From Candidatus Kapaibacterium sp. (lineage in GTDB: Bacteria > Bacteroidota > Ignavibacteria > Kapaibacteriales > UBA2268): a stretch of 64,000 nt of DNA. The stretch's first letter is position 1. Each line of letters begins with the position of its first letter. The notes under the pieces are model-generated. The model saw only the letters and a list, made by a program, of their open reading frames with translations, was not told the origin of the DNA and ran no database searches. Location of the stretch: contig OY762428.1 in assembly GCA_963665665.1 (NCBI GenBank), positions 3,520,001 to 3,584,000 of the forward strand, given 5' to 3'. The translations under genes and the position numbers were made by a program. Positions 1 to 10,022 of the stretch are shown piece by piece.

Positions 1-998
1 GGGCCAAAATATTCTGCACCGTCTGCCTGTGGTTCTCTGCATAGTTCAAGAACAGGATATTTTTCATATGTAGTCAATTTTAGGAATGGATATCTTTTAT
101 AATGTTTTTCCATTGTATTGTAAGGTGGCCTGAACTTTTTTATTTCTGATGATTCAAGTAATAAAGCAGAAAGTTCAGTTCCGGTTTCAGTCCATTCTAC
201 ACGGCTTACTTTTTTTACAAGGTCTGAAATTTTGCCGGAACTCAATGATGACTGATTAAAATAAGAACGGACTCTTCTTTTCAGACGTTTTGCTTTGCCT
301 ACATATAATAAATTATCTCTTTTATCTTTGAAATAATATACGCCCGGTGTTTCCGGAAGTTTTCGCAGTTGCGGTTCAATCTTTTTGAATGATCGATATG
401 GAAGTTTAAAATTTTTTGCAGGACGGTTTTGAAATTTAATTAGCTGATCAAGTGTTGAAATTTCGTGTTCCTGTTCAATTCTCTCAAGCAATTCAATTAA
501 AATTCCTGCCGTTGCCCGTGCATCGCCGTATGCCCGATGCCTGTCTGAAAGATTTATTGAAAAATAATTTGCAAGATTGCCTACATTTTTCTTTACTTTC
601 CCGGAAAGTACTCTTCTTGATAATTTCAATGTACAGATTCTTGGGATATTAGGTGTTTTTAAACCTGCCCTGGCAAGTGATTCTTTTACGAAATTCCAGT
701 CGAAACTAACATTGTGAGCAACAAAAACTGCGTTAGGAATTTGCAGATATTTTTGTATTGACGGAAGAATTTCATCGGCTTCCGGAGCCAATGCAGCCAT
801 TTCATTTGAAATCCCGGTCATATTGGCAATAAATGTTGGGATAAATTGATGAGGATTTACAAGCGAGGAGAATTCGTCAACAATTTCTCCGCCTTCCATT
901 ACAACTGCCGCAATTTCAGTTAGTCTGTTATCAACTGGATTGGAGCCGGTTGTTTCTACATCCACTACAATGAAAGGTATTTCCCAAAACGAACACAT
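1..998 (-). CDS. DEDDh 3'-5' exonuclease (DNA Pol III epsilon-like) fused to GIY-YIG (UvrC/Cho-like) nuclease; runs off the window start
   Basis: Not in the ORF track. Manual translation from ATG 998 gives MCSFWEIPFIVVDVETTGSNPVDNRLTEIAAV...FVAHNVSFDWNF (ExoI/II motifs), later PGVYYFKDKRDNLLYVGKAKRLKRRVRSYF (GIY-YIG). Confidence 0.9.
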   Translation of the reverse strand, partial: MCSFWEIPFIVVDVETTGSNPVDNRLTEIAAVVMEGGEIVDEFSSLVNPHQFIPTFIANMTGISNEMAALAPEADEILPSIQKYLQIPNAVFVAHNVSFDWNFVKESLARAGLKTPNIPRICTLKLSRRVLSGKVKKNVGNLANYFSINLSDRHRAYGDARATAGILIELLERIEQEHEISTLDQLIKFQNRPAKNFKLPYRSFKKIEPQLRKLPETPGVYYFKDKRDNLLYVGKAKRLKRRVRSYFNQSSLSSGKISDLVKKVSRVEWTETGTELSALLLESSEIKKFRPPYNTMEKHYKRYPFLKLTTYEKYPVLELCREPQADGAEYFG

Positions 999-1123
999 CT
1001 ACTATTTGCCATCCGAATATTATTTTCCAAATATATTCTTCTAAAATAATAAAATATCCGGATAAATCAATTTTTATGTAGTGAATTTATGCTCAGAATT
1101 GATTTATTGGTTAAAAAGTTAAC

Positions 1124-1150
1124 AAAAACCCCTTCTTCAGTGAAGGGGTA
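1124..1150 (-). terminator. Probable intrinsic terminator downstream of the TonB receptor gene
   Basis: aaaacccc-ttc-ttcagt-gaaggggt hairpin; the A run reads as a U tail on the minus strand. Confidence 0.5.
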
Positions 1151-1178
1151 TTATATAGGTTATTACTTATATGTCGGG

Positions 1179-3191
1179 TTAAATGTCTGCTTTAATGCCA
1201 ACGATGACAGTTCTTCCAGGCATTTGCAGGCCAACTTTACTTAGCCTAGCAACATCTGTAATGTTGTTGCAGCGCATGTAGAGTTCGTAAAGCATATCGT
1301 AACCAATATCAAATTTATACGACAGCCTGAAATTAAAGGAGCTTGTTGCTTCAATTTTATCAATATTTCCTGTTCGCCCATTCTCGCCGAACTGTTTGCC
1401 GGTCAGCTCTGTTTCAATGGCGGGATTGAGCCCGAAATTAAAATTATATCCGGCTGAAAGAAATCCTACGTAATCCGGTTTATACTGCAGGTGTCGCACA
1501 TATTTACCCTCGTATTCTCCGTCGGAATACATATATGTAAAATAACCATTGATATCAAACTTACGAAAAGGAGTATATGAAATGGTAGTTTCAATTCCTG
1601 TTATCAGAGCATCTGCATAGTTAACTCTTGTCTTTCTATCCTCCGGGTCATCAGGTGCTTTAATTTTTTCGATCAGCCCGTCATAAAATGTAGCGAATCC
1701 TGAAATCCGGAAGAAATAATCCTTCCCGCTGAATTTAGTACCTGTCTCATATTGTAATCCAGTTTCCGGTTCTAAACCAGGATTGGGTAGAAATTTACCC
1801 AATGCCCCGTCGAATGCCTCTCTAAGTGTCGGGAATCTTGTTTTACGGCTGACATTAATGAAAATATCGCTGTTTTCGTTTATTACATAAATAAATCCTG
1901 CAAATGCACCGTAATCCGAATCTGACTGGCCTTCATTTTCCGTGAATACACCAGTTTTCGGTGTCTTATTCATATCATAAGAAATACCTGCATTATATCC
2001 AAGTTTTCCGGATTTACCTTTGTATTCTGCTCCAATACTAATCAGATTCTGAGAAAAATCCGAAATATCCTCATGCCCGCTTTCTGTGTCCGTCACTCCA
2101 GCTTCATGCTTTGTCAGCATTGAATTAAAAGCTATGGTCAGAACATCCTCCCATGCAAAAGTGTAATCTGCCGATAACCTGATTCCCAACGTATTATCCT
2201 TATCGTCCTGAATTTCATTTATTTCGGAATAAGAAAAATCTGTGTAATCCTCTATGCTCTGGTTAAACATATCGTACCATATCGAACCTCTGAGCATAAG
2301 GCCGGGAATTGACTCAAAACCGTGCCGGGCCAGCATTGTTATCATTGTACGTTTCCATTCAGGATATCTCCAGAATCTTTCTTTTCCTTCCTTTTCAGAT
2401 GTCAGAGGGGCTATTCCTTTCTCTGCATTAATATGATTTACTGATAGGCCGACAGTGCTGTTATCACCCAACTTGTATTCCGAACGCAGGAAAAGTGAAA
2501 AGATATCTTTGTCAGTATTAGTTCTTAATGCTGATCCGGGATTTTGGAAATCCAGCCCGGCATCCTTATCGTCAGCAGAAAGCAGAAACCCGGGAGTATC
2601 CATGTAATATACATTTCCGGTAAGGTTTAAATTACCAAATTTTGCATCGGCAGTGCCTGAGATAGTCTTTGAGCCGGCATCGTTTCCCTGGAGCCTGATA
2701 GTTCCGCCTATACCGTCATTTCTTCTTTCACGGCTTAGAATGTTTACTACTCCGCCAATAACGTTTGCACCGTATAGAACCGAACCACTGCCGTTGACAA
2801 CTTTGATAGATGAAATAACGTCGGCCGGAATAAGGCTGAGGTCAGCGCGATTATCCCATGGCACGTTTATCAAAGCGCCGTCGAAGAATAAACCAAGCTG
2901 CCTTTCACCGGCTCCGCGAAGAAATAGCATGGTTTCGCCTCGTGAGTTTGTTTGTACCATTGCTGAAGGTATCCTTGCTGTTACAGCTGATATATCCGTG
3001 GCATCGGTATTATGAATAGTAGCGTAGTTAATATCATGAACTGATGAAGCAACGGTAATTTCCTTGATTTTATTTGCAGTGCTAATCACTTCGCCAAGGA
3101 CATAAGATTTTATTGTATCTCTTTCTGAAGGTTCTTTCGGGTAAAGTGAAACAGAACAAATAATAAACAATAATAATAGTGTCTTTTTCAT
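1179..3191 (-). CDS. TonB-dependent receptor
   Basis: Signal peptide, plug motifs (LRG...DG, IKVVNGSGSVLYGANVIGGVVNI), NPGLEPETG motif, C-terminal NITD...PGRT...ADI beta strand. Confidence 0.92.
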   Translation of the reverse strand: MKKTLLLLFIICSVSLYPKEPSERDTIKSYVLGEVISTANKIKEITVASSVHDINYATIHNTDATDISAVTARIPSAMVQTNSRGETMLFLRGAGERQLGLFFDGALINVPWDNRADLSLIPADVISSIKVVNGSGSVLYGANVIGGVVNILSRERRNDGIGGTIRLQGNDAGSKTISGTADAKFGNLNLTGNVYYMDTPGFLLSADDKDAGLDFQNPGSALRTNTDKDIFSLFLRSEYKLGDNSTVGLSVNHINAEKGIAPLTSEKEGKERFWRYPEWKRTMITMLARHGFESIPGLMLRGSIWYDMFNQSIEDYTDFSYSEINEIQDDKDNTLGIRLSADYTFAWEDVLTIAFNSMLTKHEAGVTDTESGHEDISDFSQNLISIGAEYKGKSGKLGYNAGISYDMNKTPKTGVFTENEGQSDSDYGAFAGFIYVINENSDIFINVSRKTRFPTLREAFDGALGKFLPNPGLEPETGLQYETGTKFSGKDYFFRISGFATFYDGLIEKIKAPDDPEDRKTRVNYADALITGIETTISYTPFRKFDINGYFTYMYSDGEYEGKYVRHLQYKPDYVGFLSAGYNFNFGLNPAIETELTGKQFGENGRTGNIDKIEATSSFNFRLSYKFDIGYDMLYELYMRCNNITDVARLSKVGLQMPGRTVIVGIKADI

Positions 3192-3336
3192 AAATAATAT
3201 TTCGTGAATTTTATTGAAAATTTATTAGATCAACTTTATGAAATAACTCATAACAAATAATTACATAATGAGATTTACACTCACTAACGCGCTATTGTGG
3301 AAATGTTATTTCCTAATTGATTTTAAATAGTAATAT

Positions 3337-3906
3337 TTATGAAAAGTATTTAGGTGGAGGGTTGGGAACTTCAATGTGATTTTGAAGAGTTTTACATGAA
3401 AAGTTGTTATATTCTATTTGTTGAAAAAATTCATTGTTTTTAATTTCGGTAATGGAAATAAATTGATCAGCTTGGGATTTGATATTTAACTGCCTGAATG
3501 ATTTTCCTTCACTGCTGTAAACTATACCGATGGATTCCCTTACAATATTTTCAACAGCAGCTATCAGTCGCGTTTCCCGGACATCGTGATAGCAGTGGTA
3601 TGTTATGCTGTCGCCATGTTTTTTCTTGCTAATGATATCATACATTTCACCCTGGAAGCGGAATTCTTTTGAATGTATGAATTGCAGATCGGGATTGTTG
3701 TCAAGATCATTCAAGTGAAAAGTTAGAAGTTTTTGTTCTTCAGGATAATTGAATGTTTGAATATTTTCAATTTCGATCCGAGCCTTATTACTAATAATCC
3801 TACGCAACAAAAAATAGGCAGCCGGAACGAAAATTATCTCGAACAGCAGAATAGTGATAAATAATATGGATAAGGTTCTTTTCAAATTTAATTTTCTTAC
3901 TTTCAA
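3337..3906 (-). CDS. Hypothetical membrane protein with Pro-rich C-terminus upstream of the TonB receptor
   Basis: N-terminal hydrophobic helix, EFRFQGEMYDI and HCYHD motifs, ends PNPPPKYFS. Confidence 0.7.
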   Translation of the reverse strand: MKVRKLNLKRTLSILFITILLFEIIFVPAAYFLLRRIISNKARIEIENIQTFNYPEEQKLLTFHLNDLDNNPDLQFIHSKEFRFQGEMYDIISKKKHGDSITYHCYHDVRETRLIAAVENIVRESIGIVYSSEGKSFRQLNIKSQADQFISITEIKNNEFFQQIEYNNFSCKTLQNHIEVPNPPPKYFS

Positions 3907-4002
3907 TATATTGCCGGCTGATTAAAGCCAACAACAAAAATATCATTAAAATAAATACGAAAAAAATCCTAATTTGTGATATTTAATTTTTGAGCAAATC
4001 AA

Positions 4003-4893
4003 ATGAATTTCATTGGTGAAATAAGCGCCCTGGCTACGGCTGTTATCTGGTCGTTTTCTTCTTTTCTGTTTACGGGCGCTGTTGTCAGGGTCGGGGCAGT
4101 ACAACTTAATATTGCCAGGATGATACTGGCTTGTGTTTTGCTTACAATAACAATTCCCCTGCTGGATATTTCTTTCGATGTTAGTTCAACTCAAATATTA
4201 CTGCTATCTATTAGTGGTTTTGTGGGCTTAGTTCTGGGGGATTCCTTTCTTTTCAAATCATTTGGAGAAATCGGCCCGAGAATCGGTTTGCTTGTAATGT
4301 CGTCAAATCCAGCTATAGCAGCTCTTATGGCCTACTTCATACTGGGCGAGGTGCTATCTTTTTGGGGTATTCTGGGAATGATAGTTACTCTGACAGGTAT
4401 TTCAATTGTAGTACTTGACAAAAGGGCAAATGCAGAGAATAAATTCCCAATAACTCGTAAGGGCGTGATCCTGGCATTTCTTGCGGCTATGGGGCAGGGG
4501 TCAGGCCTGATATTTGCAAAGATGGCGTTTCTTGAAGGCGATATAAACAGCTTTATGGCAACATTTGTCAGGCTTGCTTCTGCCGTTGCTATCATGCTGC
4601 CGGTTGCTATTATAGCAGGAAAATATAAAAACCCATTCAAGATATTCTCAAAGGATTTGAAGGCGCTTGGTTATACTGCCGGAGCATCTGTACTTGGGCC
4701 ATATCTTGGGATAACCTTAAGTTTTATTGCAATTATCTATACAAAGGTAGGAATTGCTTCCACCCTGATGTCAACTATGCCGATAATAATGCTGCCGTTG
4801 TCTGTAATTTTTTATAAGGAAAAACTTGGCTGGCGTGCTGTACTCGGGGCTTTTACAGCCGTGGGCGGTATAGCAATGCTATTTTTGGTGTGA
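4003..4893 (+). CDS. DMT/EamA family transporter
   Basis: 296 aa, about 10 hydrophobic helices in two EamA-like halves. Confidence 0.88.
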   Translation: MNFIGEISALATAVIWSFSSFLFTGAVVRVGAVQLNIARMILACVLLTITIPLLDISFDVSSTQILLLSISGFVGLVLGDSFLFKSFGEIGPRIGLLVMSSNPAIAALMAYFILGEVLSFWGILGMIVTLTGISIVVLDKRANAENKFPITRKGVILAFLAAMGQGSGLIFAKMAFLEGDINSFMATFVRLASAVAIMLPVAIIAGKYKNPFKIFSKDLKALGYTAGASVLGPYLGITLSFIAIIYTKVGIASTLMSTMPIIMLPLSVIFYKEKLGWRAVLGAFTAVGGIAMLFLV

Positions 4894-4949
4894 GAAATTT
4901 ATTACAGAATTAAATCATCAATCAAGTCGATTTATTTTGCTGAAATAAA

Positions 4950-4985
4950 AAAAAAGCCCTGCAATTATTTCTGCAAGGCTTTTTA
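4950..4985. terminator. Bidirectional intrinsic terminator between the EamA gene and tRNA-Pro
   Basis: A-run, gccctgca...tgcaaggc hairpin, T-run, between convergent genes. Confidence 0.6.
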
Positions 4986-5015
4986 AGTCATTGTAAATCT
5001 CCGCTTTACAATTTG

Positions 5016-5089
5016 TCGGCGTGACTGGATTTGAACCAGCGACCCCTACAACCCCAATGTAGTGCGCTACCGGGCTGCGCCACACGCCG
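5016..5089 (-). tRNA. tRNA-Pro(GGG)
   Basis: Reverse complement CGGCGTG TGGCGCAGCCCGGTAGCGCA CTACA-TTGGGGT-TGTAG GGGTC GCTGGTTCAAATCCAGT CACGCCG A: acceptor stem, T-loop TTCAAAT, anticodon GGG; CCA not encoded. Confidence 0.96.
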
Positions 5090-5148
5090 AACCCTTTTTC
5101 AATAGATTACAAATTTACGGAGTTTTTTGTTCGAAAACAAAAATAATT

Positions 5149-5715
5149 TTAAAAATCGAAATATTTTTCTGCCAGATCGCTTAGTTCCACGAAAGCCCTG
5201 TCAATGTTGTCATTAACAATAACATGGTCAAACTTATCAGCAAAAGACAATTCCATCTCTCCTCTTGCCAGCCTGTTGGCAATTTGTTCGTCCGATTCTG
5301 TACCCCGTTTTCTCAATCTTCGCTCAAGTTCTTCAACAGAAGGAGGTACAATGAATATCAGAAGGCTGTCGTCAGGGTAATGTTCGCGAATGGATAATGC
5401 CCCTTTAACATCAATATCAAACAAAAGAACGAAGCCTCCGATAATAGCTTTATCTATTTCACTTTTCAGAGTGCCGTAATAGTTACCAAATATTTCTTCG
5501 TATTCAGCAAGTTCGCCACGGCTAATTCTTTTTTCAAAGTCTTCCTTAGTCAGGAAAAAGTATTCAATGCCGTATGTTTCTCCATGACGTTTTTTTCTTG
5601 TAGTAGCGGATATCGAGAACTGCATATCCGGGAATTTTTTGAAGAGCCTGCGGGCAAGGGTTGATTTACCGCCGCCGCTTGGCGATGCTATTACAATAAG
5701 TTTCTTTTTATTCAT
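5149..5715 (-). CDS. gmk: Guanylate kinase
   Basis: P-loop SPSGGGKST, SISATTRKKRHGE, GNYYGT, DIDVKGA. Confidence 0.96.
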   Translation of the reverse strand: MNKKKLIVIASPSGGGKSTLARRLFKKFPDMQFSISATTRKKRHGETYGIEYFFLTKEDFEKRISRGELAEYEEIFGNYYGTLKSEIDKAIIGGFVLLFDIDVKGALSIREHYPDDSLLIFIVPPSVEELERRLRKRGTESDEQIANRLARGEMELSFADKFDHVIVNDNIDRAFVELSDLAEKYFDF

Positions 5716-5730
5716 ATCATCTAATCCTGA

Positions 5731-8475
5731 TTAATCGATCATTTCTTCCAACAATTTATCCTGCTTTTTCTTTTTCATATCATTCAAAATCATTTTCAGA
5801 TTTTTATTGTTGCCATTTATAATACAAAAATATATTTTCCTGCGGACATTTGCTACTAAGCTGATAAAATATTCAGGCAGTTTCTTTTTTAGTGATGAGC
5901 TTACCTTTATTTTATTGATGCTTTTATAAACTGCGTCAGTTCCGGCCTGATTTCCTGACAATGTAACAACAGATTTGAAATCCTCAAAATTAATACTCTC
6001 CTGTTTCAGAATATTATTTAATACAGTAGTCCTGACAATATAAGAGCTGTCTGCCAGGCCATTGGCCAGCCCGTTATTGAAATTTGAAAACCTGTATGCG
6101 TTGGCACGGACAAAATGGTGCTCATCACCGAGCATCGTTTTTAAAAATTTATCCTGATCCTGCCCCAAAAGGCCGCTCAAACCTGATAACCGCAGCAGGT
6201 AATCATCGGATGTAAGCAATTTTTCATACTTAGCCGATGAAATATCTTTTCCGCTGAGTTTAAGAATCTTCAAAGAGTTGGCTGCTACCCGGAAATCATT
6301 AGTATTGATAAGATCATTCAGAATTGTTCCGGAACTGTCAATTGATTTGAATAAACCTTTCCGGGCTATATCATACAATAACTCAACTTCATAACCCTCT
6401 GATGTTGCCAGGAAATTTTTCAGCTGATCGTTACTGAGTCTATCACGAAAATTAAAATTATTCTGAACCGGGCTGTTTCCGTATTTAATTTCTGAAATAT
6501 ATTCTGAAAATTCCCTGTAGGTTTCAGGCGAAGTATGATTTTTACCGGCAGGGCAATTTGCAATGCAAGATACTGTAAAAACAGGATCGAAATACTTATA
6601 AAGCTCTTTTGCGTTTGATATGATATTTGCATCTGCAGGGGCTGTATTGGGCTTTGTATGAACCAATCTGAAACCCGGGATATTGATATTACAAAACATT
6701 GGAGCCGGGAATTCGGAATAATATTTTATATCCGAAAAAGAATTATTACCAATTTGGTCACTGAAAACAGAGAATGAATATTGGCTGGTGTATCCCGTGG
6801 AATTTATTGCTGAATGATACTGATCGTCGCCGGATTCATCAATAAATCCGGAGAAAGAAAGATCGACAGAGCATCCCTGGGCAAATCCGTCAGAAAAGAA
6901 CATGTCATTGCCGCTTTTATCTATCAGCAATGCAATTGATGACCTGCCGGCAGCAGCCTGGCTGAAGGCTCCGGCACGATAATGGTCTCTGCCGTCAAGA
7001 TCGCAAAGAGCGCCAATACTATGCCAGTATGCCGCACCCTGGCTGTACAGCCCTGAAATATAATTATCATTGCCGCTGTAATCCAATAGAAGCCCGATTC
7101 CGCCCGAGGCTTTGTTTTGATACCCCGAGGCTGCACCCTGGCAGAATGATAATAAATGTCCGGCTTCACCCGATTTTCTGTTCTTGGGGCCGGTGGAAAT
7201 ATAAGTGTCATTACCGGAGAAATCAACGTTGGCGCCAAAACCTCCGGTGAATCCAAATCCCTGAGCCATTGAACGGGATTTGTAAACATCTGTACCACCT
7301 TCGTCTATCAGCAATCCGAAACCAAAAGCTCCGAACCCGGATGAGCAGGAAAGCGAGGAATAAATATCATTTCCATCAAAATCCATTAATAGCCCAAAGC
7401 CCATTATTCCTGAGCCAAGTGAAAAATTTCCGGCTGAATAGGAATCATCACCCTCGTAATCTAAAAGTATATTTATTCCAAAGGCAGCTCCTCCAAAAGA
7501 ATAGTCTCCTCCGATATAAGCGTCACTTCCCGAAAGGTCTATAATCATTCTTACAGGGTTAAGTAGTACGGACTTTTTATCTGAATCCGAAAATATATAA
7601 GTGTCATTGCCTCCAACATCAATTATCAGGACGAAATTTCCTTTATAAGTATCATCTCCCGGCCCACCCAGGGCTACTTTGCCATAAGCGGTTTCAATAA
7701 TCCCGGTTTTAAGTTCTCTGTAAATATCGCTGTTGCTGATTGTCAGTTTATTCAGCTCAAGCAATCTTTTATATATTGATACCGCTACATTAAAAATATC
7801 GGATCTTTTTGCGTTGGCGGCATTATTAAAGAAATTATCGCAGCAGTCCGGCTGCCTGATCTTATTAATGAACTTAGGCCCTGCACCCATTTCCAGCCCC
7901 ATGGGGTTAAGGATAGAATCCGCCTGGATCAAAAAAGAATATGACTTGTCAATATCACTGAAAAGAATATCTTCTTCCAGTAGATCATTGGAAAGAAATA
8001 GAATTGAAAGATATTGCCGGAGAAGATTGGTTTCAGTCATACCGAGAGCAGAATCAATATTTATTCCCGCCTTAGATTCAATATATTTAAGCGGAAGGGC
8101 TTCAAAATCATCATAAATTTTATACGGCTTAAAATCAAGCAGCGCAAGATTTCCGGCAGGAAACCCGGCGCTAAGCATTTTTCTGAATTTCGCTGCCTGG
8201 TTTTCCGGGAAAGACAAAGAGCCGAGAGGGTCAGTAAGGAATTGATTTATAATTTTTAGCCTGTGGATATCATTCTGATGATAACCCGGATGAAGGTTGA
8301 GATCACCCGTGGCAGGATTGAATTTGTTTTCAATCGAATCCCGGATATTTGAAAAAGAATATGGATGAATTGCAAAAAATATTGATAATAATATTAAAAA
8401 TAAATGCGAGCCTGTTCTCAGATTTTTCATAATTATTCCGAATTTGCCTGTCATATACCAATCAGCCGGAATCAA
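5731..8475 (-). CDS. Large exported hypothetical protein with Gly/Asp-rich DxxGxDxY repeats and a HEAT-like C-terminus (start uncertain)
   Basis: About 10 repeats such as IIDVGGNDTY, IIDLSGSDAY, LLDYEGDDSY; C-terminal helical repeats LTSDDYLLR, LGDEHHFVR, LADSSYIVR. Confidence 0.7.
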   Translation of the reverse strand: MIPADWYMTGKFGIIMKNLRTGSHLFLILLSIFFAIHPYSFSNIRDSIENKFNPATGDLNLHPGYHQNDIHRLKIINQFLTDPLGSLSFPENQAAKFRKMLSAGFPAGNLALLDFKPYKIYDDFEALPLKYIESKAGINIDSALGMTETNLLRQYLSILFLSNDLLEEDILFSDIDKSYSFLIQADSILNPMGLEMGAGPKFINKIRQPDCCDNFFNNAANAKRSDIFNVAVSIYKRLLELNKLTISNSDIYRELKTGIIETAYGKVALGGPGDDTYKGNFVLIIDVGGNDTYIFSDSDKKSVLLNPVRMIIDLSGSDAYIGGDYSFGGAAFGINILLDYEGDDSYSAGNFSLGSGIMGFGLLMDFDGNDIYSSLSCSSGFGAFGFGLLIDEGGTDVYKSRSMAQGFGFTGGFGANVDFSGNDTYISTGPKNRKSGEAGHLLSFCQGAASGYQNKASGGIGLLLDYSGNDNYISGLYSQGAAYWHSIGALCDLDGRDHYRAGAFSQAAAGRSSIALLIDKSGNDMFFSDGFAQGCSVDLSFSGFIDESGDDQYHSAINSTGYTSQYSFSVFSDQIGNNSFSDIKYYSEFPAPMFCNINIPGFRLVHTKPNTAPADANIISNAKELYKYFDPVFTVSCIANCPAGKNHTSPETYREFSEYISEIKYGNSPVQNNFNFRDRLSNDQLKNFLATSEGYEVELLYDIARKGLFKSIDSSGTILNDLINTNDFRVAANSLKILKLSGKDISSAKYEKLLTSDDYLLRLSGLSGLLGQDQDKFLKTMLGDEHHFVRANAYRFSNFNNGLANGLADSSYIVRTTVLNNILKQESINFEDFKSVVTLSGNQAGTDAVYKSINKIKVSSSLKKKLPEYFISLVANVRRKIYFCIINGNNKNLKMILNDMKKKKQDKLLEEMID

Positions 8476-8583
8476 TAATATTCCTGCGGTTAATATACAA
8501 AGAATTTTGAAAAATGAACAATTAAAGATTTGAACTCCTTGCTATGGCAAAGTAAAAATCACATAGCTTCCCGGCCTTAGCAA

Positions 8584-8767
8584 CGTCAAAATCAATAGCC
8601 GGGTGCTTTGTCTCGTGGATAAATATGCCCTGAACGGAGGCAAAGAAAGAAAACCACCCCTATAATCCCCTCCTCCGCGAGGAGGGGACAAGAAGTTCAA
8701 TATCAAAGAATTAACTCCCCATCCTTCCGAAGGAGGGGGCCGGGGGTAGGTAGGAAGGGTCTATGGT
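8584..8767 (+). repeat. REP-like palindromic head of the left arm of the foldback element
   Basis: cgtcaaaatcaatagcc..tctcgtggataaa, then cccctcctccgcgaggagggg and ccatccttccgaaggagggggccggggg hairpins; homologous to the reverse complement of 10653-11047, and to 20862-20992 and 21958-22036. Confidence 0.85.
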
Positions 8768-9481
8768 AATGCACCGTTGTTTGATTCTATTGTCGCCTTG
8801 GTCGAAGTCATTGCTGCCTTGTTCGGAAGCAAAGTACTGATGTTAGGAGTTATTGCTGCCTTGTTCGGAGTCATTGTCGCCTTGGTCTAAACCATTGCTA
8901 CCTTTTTCTTCTTCAAAGCCCTCTCCTTCGGGGAGGGTTTGGGAGGGGTCGGAGCCATTGCTGCCTTGTTTGAAGATAATGACGCCTTGTTCGGAAGCAA
9001 AGTACTGATGTTTGAAGTCATTGCTGCCTTGTTCAGAAGCAAAGTACTGATGTTAGGTGTTATTGCTGCCTTGTTCGAAGTCATTGACGCCTTGTTCGGA
9101 GTCATTGCTGCCTTGTTCAGAGGCAAAGTACTGATGTTAGGAGTTATTGCTGCCTTGGTCGAAGTCATTGATGCTTTGGTCGGAGTCATTGATGCTTTGT
9201 TTGAAGTCATTGCTGCCTTGTTCAGAGGCAAAGTACTGATGTTTGAAAGTATTGTCGCTTTGTTCGAAAGCATTGTCGCTTTGGTCGGAGTCATTGATGC
9301 TTTGTTTGAAGTCATTGCTGCCTTGTTTAGAGGCAAAGTACTGATGTTAGGAGTTATTGCTGCCTTGTTCGAAAGCATTGTCGCTTTGGTCGGAGTCATT
9401 GATGCTTTGGTTGGAGGCAAAGTACTGATGTTTGAAGACATTGCTGACTTGTCCCGAAGTAATGATTGCTTGTGTAGCGTT
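8768..9481 (+). repeat. 21-bp tandem array, 34 units, consensus ~ATTGCTGCCTTGTTCGRAGTC, including a REP hairpin that fills exactly two units
   Basis: Register checked from 8768 to the unit starting 9461 with no net indel; variant unit AAAGTACTGATGTTWGRAG recurs. Confidence 0.92.
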
Positions 9482-10022
9482 GAAATCCGGAATATTTAAC
9501 TGATTGTATTATTTACAATACTTAAATAATAAAATATATCATAAGAATTAGTAAATATTTAAGCGTTTGTAATAAATATATTTATCAGATTATTAAATAA
9601 TCATATAGAATTACAATATTAATAATATATCTAATCAAATAAATAATTCATCCAAGTCATTAATTACTATTTCCTATAAATTCTTCTTCTTTTTTTATAA
9701 AATATATTAAGTATCCAAGTATATATTTAATTATTCTAACAAATTAGATATACTGATTAATTAATAGGTTGAAATTGATATTTAATAATTCATAAAATCA
9801 ATTTAATAAATCATACCAATTATTTAATAATATGTATAATTTATTTAGTTATTCATATAAAAAGTTTAGTTAGATGAACTATATCAAGGCTTGGATATAT
9901 TATATAATTTATTATAAATACTATATATTTAATATAAATAGTATAATATTTAATATTTTGAAATAAATATTTGATTATCAATTCTATCTATAGACTATTC
10001 TCATCTCTATCTTTGGGATTTC
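9482..10022. repeat. Extremely AT-rich spacer with cryptic 21-bp periodicity continuing both flanking arrays
   Basis: Only 3-10 G+C per 60 nt in the lines counted. AAATAT at 9532/9553/9574; ATATTT at 9925/9946/9967; ATCCAAG opens in-register units at 9650 and 9713 (+) and 9896 (-). Confidence 0.7.

Noticed and set aside
452-652. 66 aa plus-strand ORF and the many other short antisense ORFs in the track
   Set aside because: They lie antisense or out of frame within well-supported genes (here the exonuclease/GIY-YIG gene).
5016-5089. tRNA-Pro as an integration site
   Set aside because: No integrase, and I saw no duplicated tRNA 3' end in the window.
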